A stretch of DNA of 64,000 nucleotides from Macrostomum lignano (taxonomy: Eukaryota), in contig NIVC01000906.1 of NCBI GenBank assembly GCA_002269645.1, positions 62,001 through 126,000 of the forward strand. Reading direction: 5' to 3'. Under the pieces are notes generated by a model. That model was not told where the DNA came from. It made no database searches and saw nothing but the letters and a program-made list of their open reading frames with translations. The stretch's first letter is position 1. Each line of letters begins with the position of its first letter. Shown piece by piece: positions 38,830-52,294 of this stretch. The translations under genes and the position numbers were made by a program.

Positions 38830-41090
38830 ATCCTCTCTCTCTCTCTGCCTGTCTCACCCTCTCTCTGCCTGTCTCACCCTCTGTTTGCCTGTCTCACCCT
38901 CTCTCTGCCTGTCTCACCTTCTGTTTGCCTGTCTCACCCTCTCTCTGCCTGTCTCACCCTCTCTCTGCCTGTCTCACCCTCTGTTTGCCTGTCTCACCCT
39001 CTCTTTGCCTGTCTCACCCTCTTTCTCCCTGTCTCACCCTCTTTCTCCCTGTCTCACCCTCTTTCTCCCTGTCTCACCCTCTTTCTCCCTGTCTCACCCT
39101 CTTTCTCCCTGTCTCACCCTCTCTCTCTGTGTGTTATCCTCTCTCTGCCTGTCTCACCCTCTGTTTGCCTGTCTCACCCTCTGTTTGCCTGTCTCACCCT
39201 CTCTTTGCCTGTCTCACCCTCTCTCTGCCTGTCTCACCCTCTGTTTGCCTGTCTCACCCTCTGTTTGCCTGTCTCACCCTCTCTTTGCCTGTCTCACCCT
39301 CTGTTTGCCTGTCTCACCCTCTCTCTGCCTGTCTCACCCTCTGTTTGCCTGTCTCACCCTCTGTTTGCCTGTCTCACCCTCTCTCTGCCTGTCTCACCCT
39401 CTCTTTGCCTGTCTCACCCTCTGTTTGCCTGTCTCACCCTCTGTTTGCCTGTCTCACCCTCTCTTTGCCTGTCTCACCCTCTCTCTGCCTGTCTCACCCT
39501 CTGTTTGCCTGTCTCACCCTCTGTTTGCCTGTCTCACCCTCTCTTTGCCTGTCTCACCCTCTCTTTGCCTGTCTCACCCTCTCTCTGCCTGTCTCACCCT
39601 CTCTTTGCCTGTCTCACCCTCTCTTTGCCTGTCTCACCCTCTCTTTGCCTGTCTCACCCTCTGTTTGCCTGTCTCACCCTCTCTTTGCCTGTCTCACCCT
39701 CTCTTTGCCTGTCTCACCCTCTGTTTGCCTGTCTCACCCTCTCTTTGCCTGTCTCACCCTCTCTCTGCCTGTCTCACCCTCTCTTTGCCTGTCTCACCCT
39801 CTCTCTCTCTCCTTGTCTCACCCTCTCTCTCTCTCCCTGTCTCACCCTCTATCTCTCCCTGTCCTACCCTCTATCTCTCACTGTCTCACCCTCTATCTCT
39901 CCCTGTCCTACCCTCTATCTCTCACTGTCTCACCCTCTATCTCTCCCTGTCCTACCCTCTATCTCTCACTGTCTCACCCTCTATCTCTCACTGCCTGTCT
40001 CACCCTCTGTTTGCCTGTCTCACCCTCTCTCTGCCTGTCTCACCCTCTGTTTGCCTGTCTCACCCTCTCTCTGCCTGTCTCACCCTCTCTCTGCCTGTCT
40101 CACCCTCTGTTTGCCTGTCTCACCCTCTGTTTGCCTGTCTCACCCTCTTTTGCCTGTCTCACCCTCTGTTTGCCTGTCTCACCCTCTGTTTGCCTGTCTC
40201 ACCCTCTCTTTGCCTGTCTCACCCTCTCTCTGCCTGTCTCACCCTCTGTTTGCCTGTCTCACCCTCTCTTTGCCTGTCTCACCCTCTGTTTGCCTGTCTC
40301 ACCCTCTGTTTGCCTGTCTCACCCTCTCTCTGCCTGTCTCACCCTCTGTTTGCCTGTCTCACCCTCTGTTTGCCTGTCTCACCCTCTCTCTGCCTGTCTC
40401 ACCCTCTCTTTGCCTGTCTCACCCTCTGTTTGCCTGTCTCACCCTCTGTTTGCCTGTCTCACCCTCTCTTTGCCTGTCTCACCCTCTCTCTGCCTGTCTC
40501 ACCCTCTGTTTGCCTGTCTCACCCTCTCTTTGCCTGTCTCACCCTCTCTTTGCCTGTCTCACCCTCTCTTTGCCTGTCTCACCCTCTCTCTGCCTGTCTC
40601 ACCCTCTCTTTGCCTGTCTCACCCTCTCTTTGCCTGTCTCACCCTCTCTCTGCCTGTCTCACCCTCTCTTTGCCTGTCTCACCCTCTCTTTGCCTGTCTC
40701 ACCCTCTCTTTGCCTGTCTCACCCTCTGTTTGCCTGTCTCACCCTCTCTTTGCCTGTCTCACCCTCTCTCTGCCTGTCTCACCCTCTCTTTGCCTGTCTC
40801 ACCCTCTCTCTCTCTCCTTGTCTCACCCTCTCTCTCTCTCCCTGTCTCACCCTCTATCTCTCCCTGTCCTACCCTCTATCTCTCACTGTCTCACCCTCTA
40901 TCTCTCCCTGTCCTACCCTCTATCTCTCACTGTCTCACCCTCTATCTCTCCCTGTCCTACCCTCTATCTCTCACTGTCTCACCCTCTATCTCTCACTGTC
41001 TCACTCTCTTTCTCTGTCTGTCTCACCCTCTATCTCTCACTGTCTCACTCTCTTTCTCTGTCTGTCTCACCCTATCTCTCTCCGGTGTCT
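38830..41090. repeat. 20-bp CT-rich TGCCTGTCTCACCCTCT minisatellite with a higher-order duplication
   Basis: Tandem periodicity; variant block at about 39780-40000 recurs at about 40800-41080. Confidence 0.96.
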
Positions 41091-41479
41091 CTATCAACCT
41101 GAGTCACAAAAATAACTTTTCTAATCTCTTATATTTGTATAGATTGCATAAGTGCTTTTATATCCCAATTATTTTATCCTCAATTTCACTCTCAAAGCCG
41201 TAGTAATGAAAAAAACATCAAATCATATTTACTCGTACAACATCCCAAACAGAAAACAGGTGTCTCAGCTTCTTAAACATCAGCGACTTAATCTGGGGTC
41301 GAGTCGGTGGATAAAATTAATTAAATTGTCTTTAACACTGTTTGGCCTTTTTATAACGAGGCAGGTGGCTTGCCTTCATTCTTTGTAAATAATCTCCATC
41401 AAGTCTTCCTTCTGCCTTTCCACTTTTTATAGCTTTTATAACTGAAATGAGCAAGACTGCAGATGACGAGAAATTTTCA

Positions 41480-42440
41480 AACAGGCAATTACAGATGTCT
41501 ACAGGCAATTACAGACACATACAGAAAATGACAGACAAACAGGCAATTACAGGCACATACAGAAAATGACAGACAAACAGGCAATTACAGGAACATACAG
41601 AAAATGACAGACAAACAGGCAATTACAGATGTCTACAGGCAATTACAGACACATACAGAAAATGACAGACAAACAGGCAATTACAGGCACATACAGAAAA
41701 TGACAGACAAACAGGCAATTACAGGCACATACAGAAAATGACAGACAAACAGGCAATTACAGGAACATACAGAAAATTACAGACAAACAGGCAATTACAG
41801 GAACATACAGAAAATTACAGACAAACAGGCAATTACAGGAACATACAGAAAATTACAGACAAACAGGCAATTACAGGAACATACAGAAAATGACAGACAA
41901 ACAGGCAATTACAGCCACATACAGAAAATTACAGACAAACAGGCAAATACAGCCACATACAGAAAATTACAGACAAACAGGCAATTACAGGAACATACAG
42001 AAAATTACAGACAAACAGACAAATACAGGCACATACAGAAAATTACAGACAAACAGGCTATTACAGACACATACAGAAAATTACAGACAAACAGACAAAT
42101 ACAGGCACATACAGAAAATGACAGACAAACAGGCTATTACAGACACATACAGAAAATTACAGACAAACAGACAAATACAGGCACATACAGAAAATGACAG
42201 ACAAACAGGCTATTACAGACACATATAGACAACTATATATACAGACAAAAAGGCCTAATAAACAAGCAAACAAGTACAGATGCATACAGCCAATTACAGA
42301 CATTTAAACAGGAAATTTCAGACAATATACAGACGATTACAGACAAACAGACAACTAAAAAGACAACCAGGAAACACAGACACATACATGTACAGACAAC
42401 TACAGACAAAATGGACAATTACAGACACATACAGACAGAC
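41480..42440. repeat. ~38-bp ACAGGCAATTACAGGCACATACAGAAAATGACAGACAA minisatellite
   Basis: Tandem periodicity, degenerating to the right. Confidence 0.92.
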
Positions 42441-43019
42441 AGGATTCAAAAGTGTTAAAAACCAACCAGCTCAACAAGGCGAACTTGTCAGAATGGCGTC
42501 ACCTACCTGTGCCGATCAGCGCTGCTCGAGCGGACACCTCGCGGTGAATGATGGGGGGAAGCATCACTTAATCATGGGGTCATGCGGACCCGCATACCGT
42601 GAGACAGAATCTGGTCCCTCAGGCGATGACGACAAGCAGCAATTTATCATAACACAACGGAGAAAGCGGGAAGGCCGGATGACCGCGCGGGGACCTCCCG
42701 GGGTATTCAATGATGGCTGGCACGTGCGCATAGCTGCACCGATAGCCCCGCCAGTTTTCGCTTGCAAAAAGCATTTCAAAATGCCTTTGAAAGTTGAGAA
42801 TTTAGCAAAATACATGTACATGTACGTGGCTTGTCCGAGGCTGTACGATCACAAGTTTATCATTCAAAACGCATTCATAACTAAAACATCCACAATGGGC
42901 CATTCGGTACAGCTAGTGTATCATTGAAGCGACAAAAATAATTACCAAACTAAACTACTATACTAGTAGTATTATCGACCTTTTTCGACCGGATTACTGC
43001 TTTGTTGTCCTTTTTGGGA

Positions 43020-44520
43020 GTTTTACTTTGCTATCTAGACCAATTATCTGGGAGAGTGGATACTTTACTATCTAGACCAATTATCTGGGAGAGTGGATAC
43101 TTTACTATCTAGACCAATTATCTGGGAGAGTGGATACTTTGCTATCTAGACCAATTATCTGGCAGTGTACTTTGCTATCTAGACCAATTATCTGACAGTG
43201 TACTTTGCTATCTAGACCAATTATCTGACAGTGTACTTTGCTATCTAGACCATGAATTATCTGGCAGTGTACGAGGGCTATCCCAAAAGTAAGTTTCACT
43301 ATTGTATAAAATTTATTAATAGCATCTTGGACAGGAGACACTAGCCATTTACTAACCTATAGTCTATGGTAAAGAAGAATGACAAGTTTCAGAGTGCTGT
43401 CATGCTCACAAGCTGCAGAGCATCACTTAAATCAAATAGACCTTTTGAGAGAGGAACTCCATCAATTCAGACAGTGCGCAAGTGGATTCGTGAGGTCCAG
43501 GGAGGGAGGCTATGCATGGAAGATTAAGAGCAGATGGAGGAGCGGGTGAGGCTGTCCAGAGGGCACCTTCGTCGATTTCATCGAGAAGGCAACGACTTCC
43601 TCAGCAGGATTGTGACAGGAGATGAGACTTGGGTCTACGAATGGGATCTTGAGCTGAAGCGCCAGTCAGCACAGTGGCTTCCAAGGGGATCAGCAAGCCC
43701 GGAGAAGGTGCAGCGCAAGCAGAGTTCAACGAAGGTGATGCACATTATCTTCTTCGACGTCCATGGCATTCTGGTGGACTGGCCTGTGCCAGTCGGTACC
43801 AAGGTGAACGCCGAATATTACAAATGGATTCTGCAGGAGAAACTGCGACCGGCGATCAGAAAGAAGCGACCTGGATCACCTGGCTTGCTGGAGAGAGGCG
43901 TCATTTTTCATCACGACAACGCGCCTGTGCACCGCGCCAGAAGAGTGGAAGAGCTCCTGAGTCCTGGGACTGGGAAGTTCTGCCTCAGCCGCGCTATTCG
44001 CCTGGCTTGGCTCCGGCGGACTTCTACGTTTTCCCAAGGATGAAGGAGTCTTCGTGGTCAACGCTTTGCCTCGGTGGAACAGATTAATAACAGTGCTTCA
44101 TCAGCTCTCCGGCATCTGGCCATCGGGCGGTTGCAGCCCTGCCTTTGAGGCATGGGTGCGCCGCTGGCAGAAGTGCGTTGACCTCGGCGGCAAATTTGTA
44201 GAGTAACTATGAGTTCATTTTGCAGTTGCAAAGTTTTGTTGATTGTTGGGTCACTAGTTTGTCTTTTGGGACTTACTTTTGGGATAGCCCTCGTACTTTG
44301 CTATCTAGACCATGAATTATCTGGCTGTGTACTTTGCTTCTAGACCAATTATCTGGTAGTGTACTTTGCTTATCTAAGACCTTATCAGGGACTACTAAAA
44401 CTAGTTTGTTACACCGTCAGATATGGTAGTTAATTACCTTTGCTTATCTAAGACCTTATCTGGCAATGTACTTTGCTATCTACATGTAGACCTTATAAGT
44501 TGATAGTGTATATTTATTTA
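43020..44520. repeat. ~33-bp TACTTTGCTATCTAGACCAATTATCTGGCAGTG minisatellite split by the mariner
   Basis: Units on both sides of 43272-44293. Confidence 0.88.
43272..44293 (+). mobile_element. Mariner (Tc1/mariner, D34D) transposon, internally deleted and frameshifted
   Basis: Perfect TIR CGAGGGCTATCCCAAAAGTAAGT at both ends, TA duplication at 43270-71 and 44294-95; motifs RIVTGDETW, FHHDNAPVH, YSPGLAPADF (last one frameshifted); about 1.0 kb versus the usual ~1.3 kb. Confidence 0.93.
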
Positions 44521-46090
44521 CCTTATCATTTATCAAGACCTTATGACACTGCCACGAGTATTTTGGTATGCAGCTGTTCTACGAGTATGTAGGTTCAACT
44601 AGCATTTTTTTCTCCCTATGGTTTCCCTAACCCCAGACGCGAAACATGTACAATGTAATGATATCCTTGGGTGTGAGTGGCCGATTCAGTTGAAATTTAT
44701 TGTAATTAAAATATGAACATGCATATCAAACTAAGTTTGTAAGTCTAAGAAATAATTAAAGCATTGAACACAAGTTTGCCGACACAACAGGCTTATAATA
44801 ATTAATATTTTATCGAAACATTGGTCTCGATTCAACTTTAATTTTCATTTATGTATATAATAATGTGTCAGCAAAGCGATCTGTTCTGTTCCTAAGACAG
44901 AGGACAGAATTTTACAACAACTGCCGGCTGTCACTAGCTAAATAATAAAGACAGAGAGCATATCATACAGAATAACCACGACTGCACAATAGATAGGAAT
45001 CAGGGGGCTTCGCTTCACTGCGTAGGGAAGAGAAATCTGTTTAGTTAAACAATTGCCTGAACTAATAATCCTTTATTAGAAACATTATTATAATTTCAGT
45101 GATGTTTTTGTAAACATAATCCAGTAATATAAGGACAATAAAACAATTTCGAGGGGGGTGGCGGGGCAGATTGACAGACTGATGCGATTCAAAACAAGCA
45201 GACACGGAGCATGAAAGCAACAAAAATACAAACAAACAAAGTTTTATTGCTTTTTTTGGAACAAATTAAATTTATCTCGGGGCGAAACTGACACCAATTA
45301 CGTAAACTACAAATAAAAGAATTAAGAGGCATCATCTCGAGCGTGTCTTTTTTTATTTTAAAAGTTGAAAAATAATTTTCTACCGAATCAATCTCAATAT
45401 ACGTCCGACAGTAGCAAGGATTGTTAAATTAGTATGATAATAAATTAATTAATGGAGCTGAGGGATTGGATAGGCCAAGAGCTGAGACAACATTTAAGAC
45501 AAATATAAAGTAAAATTATGATTATAATAAGTAATTTTCATTCAGGCATAAATAAACAGAATCGAATCGAAAAAATGTTCCGTGTTGCAGTAACACAGAT
45601 TAGCCTAAGTGAGAAAGCGCACTTCGCTTGTTCGCCTAATTTAACCCAAAACTTTGGGTTCACTGCCGATATGTTGTGTAATTAACTTAATTAACCTAGA
45701 TTTTCAATTGATAATATGTTGTTTCAAGCCAGCCATGGAAAAGTCATAAAGAGGATTCATTTTAACCAGACCAATACCGCAGGAATTCGTGCAACAAGTG
45801 TGTCAGTTATTTTGACACTTTTAAACTGTCCTTTTATTACCAAAATAAATAATAGTATCAAAACTCGCTACTTGCCTACTGCAATCTTCATTATCAGTAG
45901 ACTCAATAGGAAACATGTAATCTATTCTATCGCAACTTAAAAGAAAACAGATTTTTCTTATCAATAACTGGTTTATTGTTGGAAACGTGAACCCATGTGT
46001 GACGTTGGAAACAATTGAAAATCGGAATCAGAGAATCTGAGATTGCCAAGTTGCTCTCTGACTGGGCAAGTCAAGAAAACCGGGTGAGCG

Positions 46091-46340
46091 TTACAGCAAA
46101 GTGCAGCATCGGTTAGTCTTCTTAGCCGTCTGATAGAAGGCCTTGCTCTGGGCGCTAAGCGCGTCAGATCTGGCCACCAGATCGTCCAGTTTCTCGCCGC
46201 GCTGCAACAGGCTGTCCATAGTCTGGCTCAGGATGCCTTTAGTCTCGTCGATTTCACTTTGGATTCGCATCATAGCGTCCGCTTGTTTTGGATCTTGGTA
46301 GCGGGCCAGATCTGACTCCAGCTGCTTGAACTGTACCTGC
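46091..46340 (-). CDS. YKT6: YKT6 exon 4 (R-SNARE motif, CCTLL prenylation site)
   Basis: LARYQDP...RGEKLDDLV...SKAFYQTAKKTNRCCTLL*; total spliced length about 200 aa. Confidence 0.95.
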
Positions 46341-46519
46341 CTGCGGGTGAGTGCGACACAAGCGGGATTAGAGACACGATTGCCAATGGGAGAATCGGTC
46401 CCTAAAAGGGCCGTTTTAGACGAGAATTTTAGTTTCGACAAACGCCGGCCCGCGAAACCACTCTATTCGGCACTCAGGGCCTTTGAAACTTCACAATAGC
46501 AATCCGGTCGCTCATGGTT

Positions 46520-47000
46520 TGTCTCTTCTCAGCTCTCTAAGTCTTCTCTCCCCCCTCTTTCCTCTTTCCCCTCTTTCCTCTTCTCTCCTCTCTCCCCTCT
46601 TTCCTCTTCTCTCCTCTTTCATCTTCTCTCCTCTTTCATCTTCTCTCCTCTCTCCTCTCCTCTCTCCTCTTTTCTCCTCTCTCCCCTCTTTCCTTTTCTC
46701 TCCTCTTCTCTCCTCTTTCATCTTCTCTCCTCTTCTCTCCTCTTTCATCTTCTCTCCTCTTCTCTCCTCTTTCATCTTCTCTCCTCTTTCATCTTCTCTC
46801 CTCTTTCATCTTCTCTCCTCTTCTCTCCCGTTTCATCTCTTCCCACTCCTCTCTCCTCTCCTATTTCCTCTCCTCTCCAATTTCCTCTTTCAACTCCTCC
46901 GTCCACTCCCATTTCCTCGCTCCTCTCCACTTCTCTCTCTTATCTATTCTCTCATCACATCTCCTGCATCTCCTCTCTTTTTTCATCTCCTATTTTCCAT
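46520..47000. repeat. CT-rich low-complexity array, YKT6 intron 3
   Basis: Direct. Confidence 0.9.
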
Positions 47001-47331
47001 TCCCTATCCTTTCCACTCGAGTTGAATTTTCATCTGGCGCTTGACGTAAAAAAGTTTCCCGACCCCTGCTTTAGTAAAAATTTAGACTTCAGGTTAGCTT
47101 TTAAAATATGCTAAAACACCAATTATGCACATACAGTAGGTCTATGAAAAAGGTGTCCTGAAAAGGGCCGTTTCTAGAGATTTCCAAGTACAAGCCGTGA
47201 GGGGGAACGAGATGATAGTAAAAATGATGAAAAAAGAACTCTCTTACAAAACTGATCACGAGGGGATGGCCCTTAAAAGGGCCGTTTTAGTCCTTCCTAA
47301 TAGACAAAGATGGAAACCATTGTTCACTAAC

Positions 47332-47390
47332 CCAGGCTGCAAGCTCGACCAGCTGGAAGCAGGATATTCCTTGGTGAATTCGTCCAGAAT
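47332..47390 (-). CDS. YKT6: YKT6 exon 3 (ILDEFTKEYPASSWSSLQP)
   Basis: Acceptor TTTCAG| phase 0, donor GG|GTTAGT phase 2; LDEF...W matches Ykt6. Confidence 0.88.
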
Positions 47391-47479
47391 CTGAAATCAA
47401 GTTTTTAAAGTAAATATTGCAGCAGTTTCAGGGTCTAAAATTAACATAGTACAAACTAATTCAGGTAGAATAAACGAAC

Positions 47480-47663
47480 GTTGTTAAGCAGGGTCTGAGC
47501 GACCCTATCGGGATATTCGTCATCTGAGATGCAGATGCCGGCTAGATAATCGCCCCGGATGTAGCAGTGACAGATGTAGGCCTGCTCGCGAACTTTGCTG
47601 CGATTGCAGCGCTGCGACCGTTCCACAATCAGCTTGCCTGTGAAGTCCATGAACTCCTTCACC
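47480..47663 (-). CDS. YKT6: YKT6 exon 2 (longin domain)
   Basis: VKEFMDFTGKLIVERS...YICHCYIR...ISDDEYPDRVA; acceptor CGCAG| phase 2, donor AAC|GTTCGT. Confidence 0.93.
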
Positions 47664-47699
47664 CTGCGATGGGCCAAGGGGGCGAGATGAATAGGTGAG

Positions 47700-48250
47700 A
47701 TTGATAGATTGAAATGCGGAGATTGATATGGAGAGAGTGGGTGAGATGAAGAGAGTGAATGAGATGGAGAGAGTGAATGAGATGGAGAGAGTGAATGAGA
47801 TGGAGAGTGAATGAGATGGGGAGAGAGTGAATGAGATGGAGAGTGAATGAGATGGAGAGTGAATGAGATGGAGAGTGAATGAGATGGGGAGAGAGTGAAT
47901 GAGATGTAGAGTGAATGAGTTAGAGAGTGAATGAGATGGAGAGTGAATGAGATGGAGAGTGAATGAGATGGAGAGTGAATGAGATGGGGAGAGAGTGAAT
48001 GAGAGGTAGAGTGAATGAGTTAGAGAGTGAATGAGATGGAGAGTGAATGAGATGGAGAGTGAATGAGATGTAGAGTGAATGAGATGGGGAGAGTGAATGA
48101 GATGGGGAGAGTGAATGAGATGGAGAGTGAATGAGATGGGGAGAGAGTGAATGAGATGGGGAGAGAGTGAATGAGATGGGGAGAGTGAATGAGATGTAGA
48201 GTGAATGAGATGGGGAGAGTGAATGAGATGGAGAGTGAATGAGATGCAGT
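47700..48250. repeat. GAGAGTGAATGAGATG minisatellite filling YKT6 intron 1
   Basis: Tandem periodicity. Confidence 0.94.
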
Positions 48251-48295
48251 GTTAGAGATGAAGTGAAGAGGACGCAGACACCAAAAATAACTTAC

Positions 48296-48405
48296 GCCTT
48301 CTTCTCGAAGAATCCAAACGAGTTGAGATCGTGAGCTACAATCAGAGGCGTGGCCTGATCCGAAGTCTCAGACTTGTACAGCACTTGCAGAGAGTACAGC
48401 TTCAT
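48296..48405 (-). CDS. YKT6: YKT6 exon 1 (MKLYSLQVLYK...DLNSFGFFEKK)
   Basis: MKLYSL start and DLxSFGFF motif of the Ykt6 longin domain; donor GC|GTAAGT phase 2. Confidence 0.93.
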
Positions 48406-49169
48406 TGTTGTTGAGCTTCAATTTGCTGAAACAATCAGATACAGAGACAGTTGTTGGCTCAGGACTCAGGCATCAGCTGCTTAAGCACGTGTTTAAGAGT
48501 AGGCCTAGCTCGAACCGCCCCATGCTCCAGGCTAACTAAATAAGCTAGACAGATCAGCCAGACAGTTAAAAGTGCTGTGCAAATGATACAAAGCCGACGA
48601 TTTACTTGACCAAAACTGCCAGGCTTCATTGCCCTGCTTACTGCTTGTTCTCTTTTAGAAGAAGAAAAACGCCGATGGAAATTATCTAAGTCCTATCCCT
48701 CTCTTATTTGTACCCGAACTGGGGGGGGGGGGGGTGAGGGAAGAGAGGAGAGGAGGGGGTTGTGAAGGCTGTACGCACAGACAGGCAAGATATTCACATT
48801 GCTGCACACTCGGGGAAAGAAATGTTGGGAGAGAGAGAGAATGACTGTTTGGATTTAGTCCTGTACAGACACTTCCCATTTTCTAACGATCCCCTTCTCC
48901 CTATAATGGTTCTGTAGTAGGGACTTAAATTAAAAGATTCAAATAAAAAATGAAAAAAACCGATAAAATGGTTTTGTTTCAATAAACTGCATTCCATTGT
49001 TAATTGTTTAGGCTTCATCAATAAATCACCATAATAGACGTTATTGTGCATATGGAAAATATGTTTGTGCTTGCATTTTAATATGCCTTTGACTCAGAAA
49101 ATAACAATTTTGAACAGAAATAAATCGCTTTCTTATAATTCTTTGTACGAGCATGACTGGGGTGAAATA

Positions 49170-49590
49170 CCTTTCACTATCACACTTTAACTGTCTCATT
49201 GCTTCAACTCTCCCTGTCACTCTAAACATGTCACTCTATCCCAAACACTGTCACTCCACCCCTGTCACTCTATTCCTAACATTGTCACTCTACACCTGTC
49301 ACTCTATCCCAAACACTGTCACTCTATTCCTAACACTGTCACTCTGTTCCTAACACTGTCACTTTACCCCTGTCACTCGTTCCTAACACTGTCACTCTGT
49401 TCCTAACACTGTCACTCTACCCCTGTCACTCTATTCTTAACACTGTCACTCTACACCTGTCACTCTATCCCAAACAGTGTCACTCTATCCCAAACAGTGT
49501 CACTCTATTCCTAACACTGTCACTCTGTTCCTAACACTGTCACTTTACCCCTGTCACTCGTTCCTAAACACTGTCACTCTACCACTCACC
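49170..49590. repeat. ~20-bp CACTGTCACTCTATTCCTAA minisatellite
   Basis: Tandem periodicity. Confidence 0.88.
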
Positions 49591-50034
49591 TATTTTTATG
49601 TCCAGTACCACTATCCCAATTACCACTATCTAGAGTGAAAGGAATTGGGTGCCACTAGAAACGTTACAACAACAGAATTCAAGGCACAATTGTTTTTAAA
49701 CATAAGCGAAACAGTAAGCATAAACAATAAATCGGTATTGTGAATTATCAGGATGAGTGTCACACGAGGAAAAACGAATAATGTTTATAGTGGACAAAAA
49801 CATAATAGAAGAAACTAACGAGAGTGACTATTATTTACAATCTATTCGAAGAATCAATGCCAAACTGGAAACACAGTTTGCTTTTGTAATAAACAAGCAT
49901 TGGAAGCCAAGAAATTAATAAACGTATCATAAGCTGATCTAGAATGGGTCAGGAGACCCTCTCTAAAAGATATTTGGGGTCATGACCCCTGTAGGAGGAA
50001 AATTTCCTACCCTCTCTAGCGCCAATTTCAACGC

Positions 50035-50620
50035 TCAACTAGTTTGGCGCCAATTAAAACACCCCATAAGTTTGGCACTAATTTAAATGACCAAACAATT
50101 TGGCGCCAATTTAAACGCCTCAGCAGTTTGGCGCAAATTTAAACACCCCATAAGTTTGGCGCCAATTTAAACACCCTATAAGTTTGGCGCCAATTTAAAC
50201 ACCCTATAAGTTTGGCGCCAATTTAAACACCCCATAAGTTTGGCGCCAATTGAAACACCCCATAAGTTTGGCGCCAATTTAAACACCCCATAAGTTTGGC
50301 GCCAATTTAAACACCCCATAAGTTTGGCGCCAATTTAAACACCCCATAAGTTTGGCGCCAATTTAAACACCCTATAAGTTTGGCGCCAATTTAAACACCC
50401 CATAAGTTTGGCGCCAATTGAAACACCCCATAAGTTTGGCGCCAATTAAAACACCCCAAAGTTTGGCGCCAATTAAAACACCTCAAAGTTTGGCGCCAAT
50501 TAAAACACCCCAAAGTTTGGCGCTAATTTAAACACCCGACCAGTTTGGCGCCAATTTAAACACCCCATAAGTTTGGCGCCAATTGAAAAAACGCATAAGT
50601 TTGGCGCCAATTTAAACGCC
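50035..50620. repeat. 28-bp AAGTTTGGCGCCAATTTAAACACCCCAT minisatellite just downstream of the RABL6 stop
   Basis: Tandem periodicity. Confidence 0.95.
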
Positions 50621-50683
50621 TGAACCAATCTGAATCAGTCTATAATACAACTGAAACCAGTAAGAAAAACTAAAGATAGAAAT

Positions 50684-51467
50684 TCAATCATCGTTAAAGA
50701 ATTTCTCCAAATCGTCTTCATCTCCTTGGCCAGTCTCTTGTGTTGCTTCGGCAACTACTGTTGTTGCTGTCTCTGGCGCTGCAGGTTCAACGGGTTCAGC
50801 CTGCGAAGTCGGGGGCGGTGGCTGTTCAGGCTCGGACTCGTTGCTAGAGAAAGTTTCGACCACTTGGGAACGTCGGTGATCGAAGACGGGCTGCTCAGAC
50901 AGATGGACAGCGGCAGCAACTGCTGACTCGTCCTCAGAGTCGATGTCTTCGGCAAACGCGGCCACCATGGGGTTGCCTGACGGTTGGTCATCGTCGCTGC
51001 TGTCTTCTTGATTAGCCAGCCCGTTGCCAGCTGCCGCAGCATCAGCAGCAGCATCCTCCTCCTCATCTAGGAATCGATCTAAGCGTCCCAAACCGCTGCC
51101 ATCATTGTCAGTGCGGTCATCCACTGGGGGTACAAAATTATCAATGGAAGTTAAAGTAGAAGCTGGCGCTGTACTTGCAGCACCTGCCGCTGCTGACGAG
51201 GCCGGAGCCCCGGCCGGTTCTGGGCGAGTCTGGGCTCGCTGCAGCTCCATCAGCAGCCGCTCACTGCCGGGGATCAGGCGGGGAGGCGGCGCCGCCGGTC
51301 TCTGCTGCTGTTGATCTTCGACTACTGGGCTGCTTGGAGACGGAGAGGCGTCCTTAACAACAGCAGTTCGTTGCTGTTGTTGCTGCTCCGATGGCGGCTG
51401 CTGCGGAACAGAATTCTGAGCAGCCAATTGTCCACTTTCAGCTCGAGCTCGAAGCTGCTGTTGATAC
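50684..51467 (-). CDS. RABL6: RABL6 last exon (acidic/proline-rich tail)
   Basis: Acceptor AAACAG| phase 2; SIDNFVP..LDRFLDE resembles the RABL6 DFVP..LDRSFL motif; stop at 50684. Confidence 0.8.
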
Positions 51468-51587
51468 CTGTTTAATTCGATTCGAATAGTTGTTCTGTCT
51501 CTGTCTTGTTAGTAAAAATGACTAATAAATCACAACTGGCTAGGGCCATATAGACAGACTAGAACGAAATCGTTGACCAACTGTCAA

Positions 51588-51671
51588 GTCAGGATGGCCG
51601 AGTGGTCTAAGGCGCTGCGTTCAGGTCGCAGTCCTCTTCTGAGGGCGTGGGTTCGAATCCCACTTCTGACA
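51588..51671 (+). tRNA. tRNA-Leu(CAG)
   Basis: GTCAGGATGGCCGAGTGGTCTAAGGCGCTGCGTTCAGGTCGCAG...GGGTTCGAATCCCACTTCTGACA; A and B boxes, long variable arm, CAG anticodon, downstream T-run terminator. Confidence 0.95.
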
Positions 51672-52294
51672 AGAATTTTTTCTATTTCACATGTATTTTT
51701 TCTGAATAACTTTTTCAAAAAGCAGAATCTCGGTTTTATTTTAAAAAGCGTTTTAGTTTCAGCTTTAGATTAGCGCAAACCTAGATAAAATATAAAAAAT
51801 GAAAACTGCCGATATGTATCGAAAATCTACTTTAAAAAGCTGTTATAAACCAGACTAACTAACTAACTAACATTTCTAATTAATTCAACAACAGGTTTTA
51901 AAAATGTTACAAATGATAATTAATTAATTAATTACTAATTAATTCTATTAGCTAATTTCTATATTAGGCGAAAAAGAAGTTTACTAAATGGGTTTGCATT
52001 AGATTTGCTGAAATTTTGCACTACTTACCAACAAAGTAGTCAGCAGTAGTAATATATGCTAAATATAAAAAATCACAACATGCAAGCATAGTCTATTAAA
52101 TATAAGTAAAGCGCAATTTTTGCAACTAAATTCTTGGTAAACAATAAACAGGCTTATCAATACTCGTATAATACACAACAACAAAAAAGTGATTGTTGCA
52201 CTATTTAAATAATTTTATCAATCAAAATAAACTAAGCCTCAGAATTAAAAATATTTTTTTATTAATATCTAAATAAATGCTACAAAATGCCTAC

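Noticed and set aside
42440-44520. Helentron/DINE-like element carrying the 33-bp array
   Set aside because: No clear subterminal inverted repeats or 3' hairpin; the left unique part is better explained as a fossil-gene exon.
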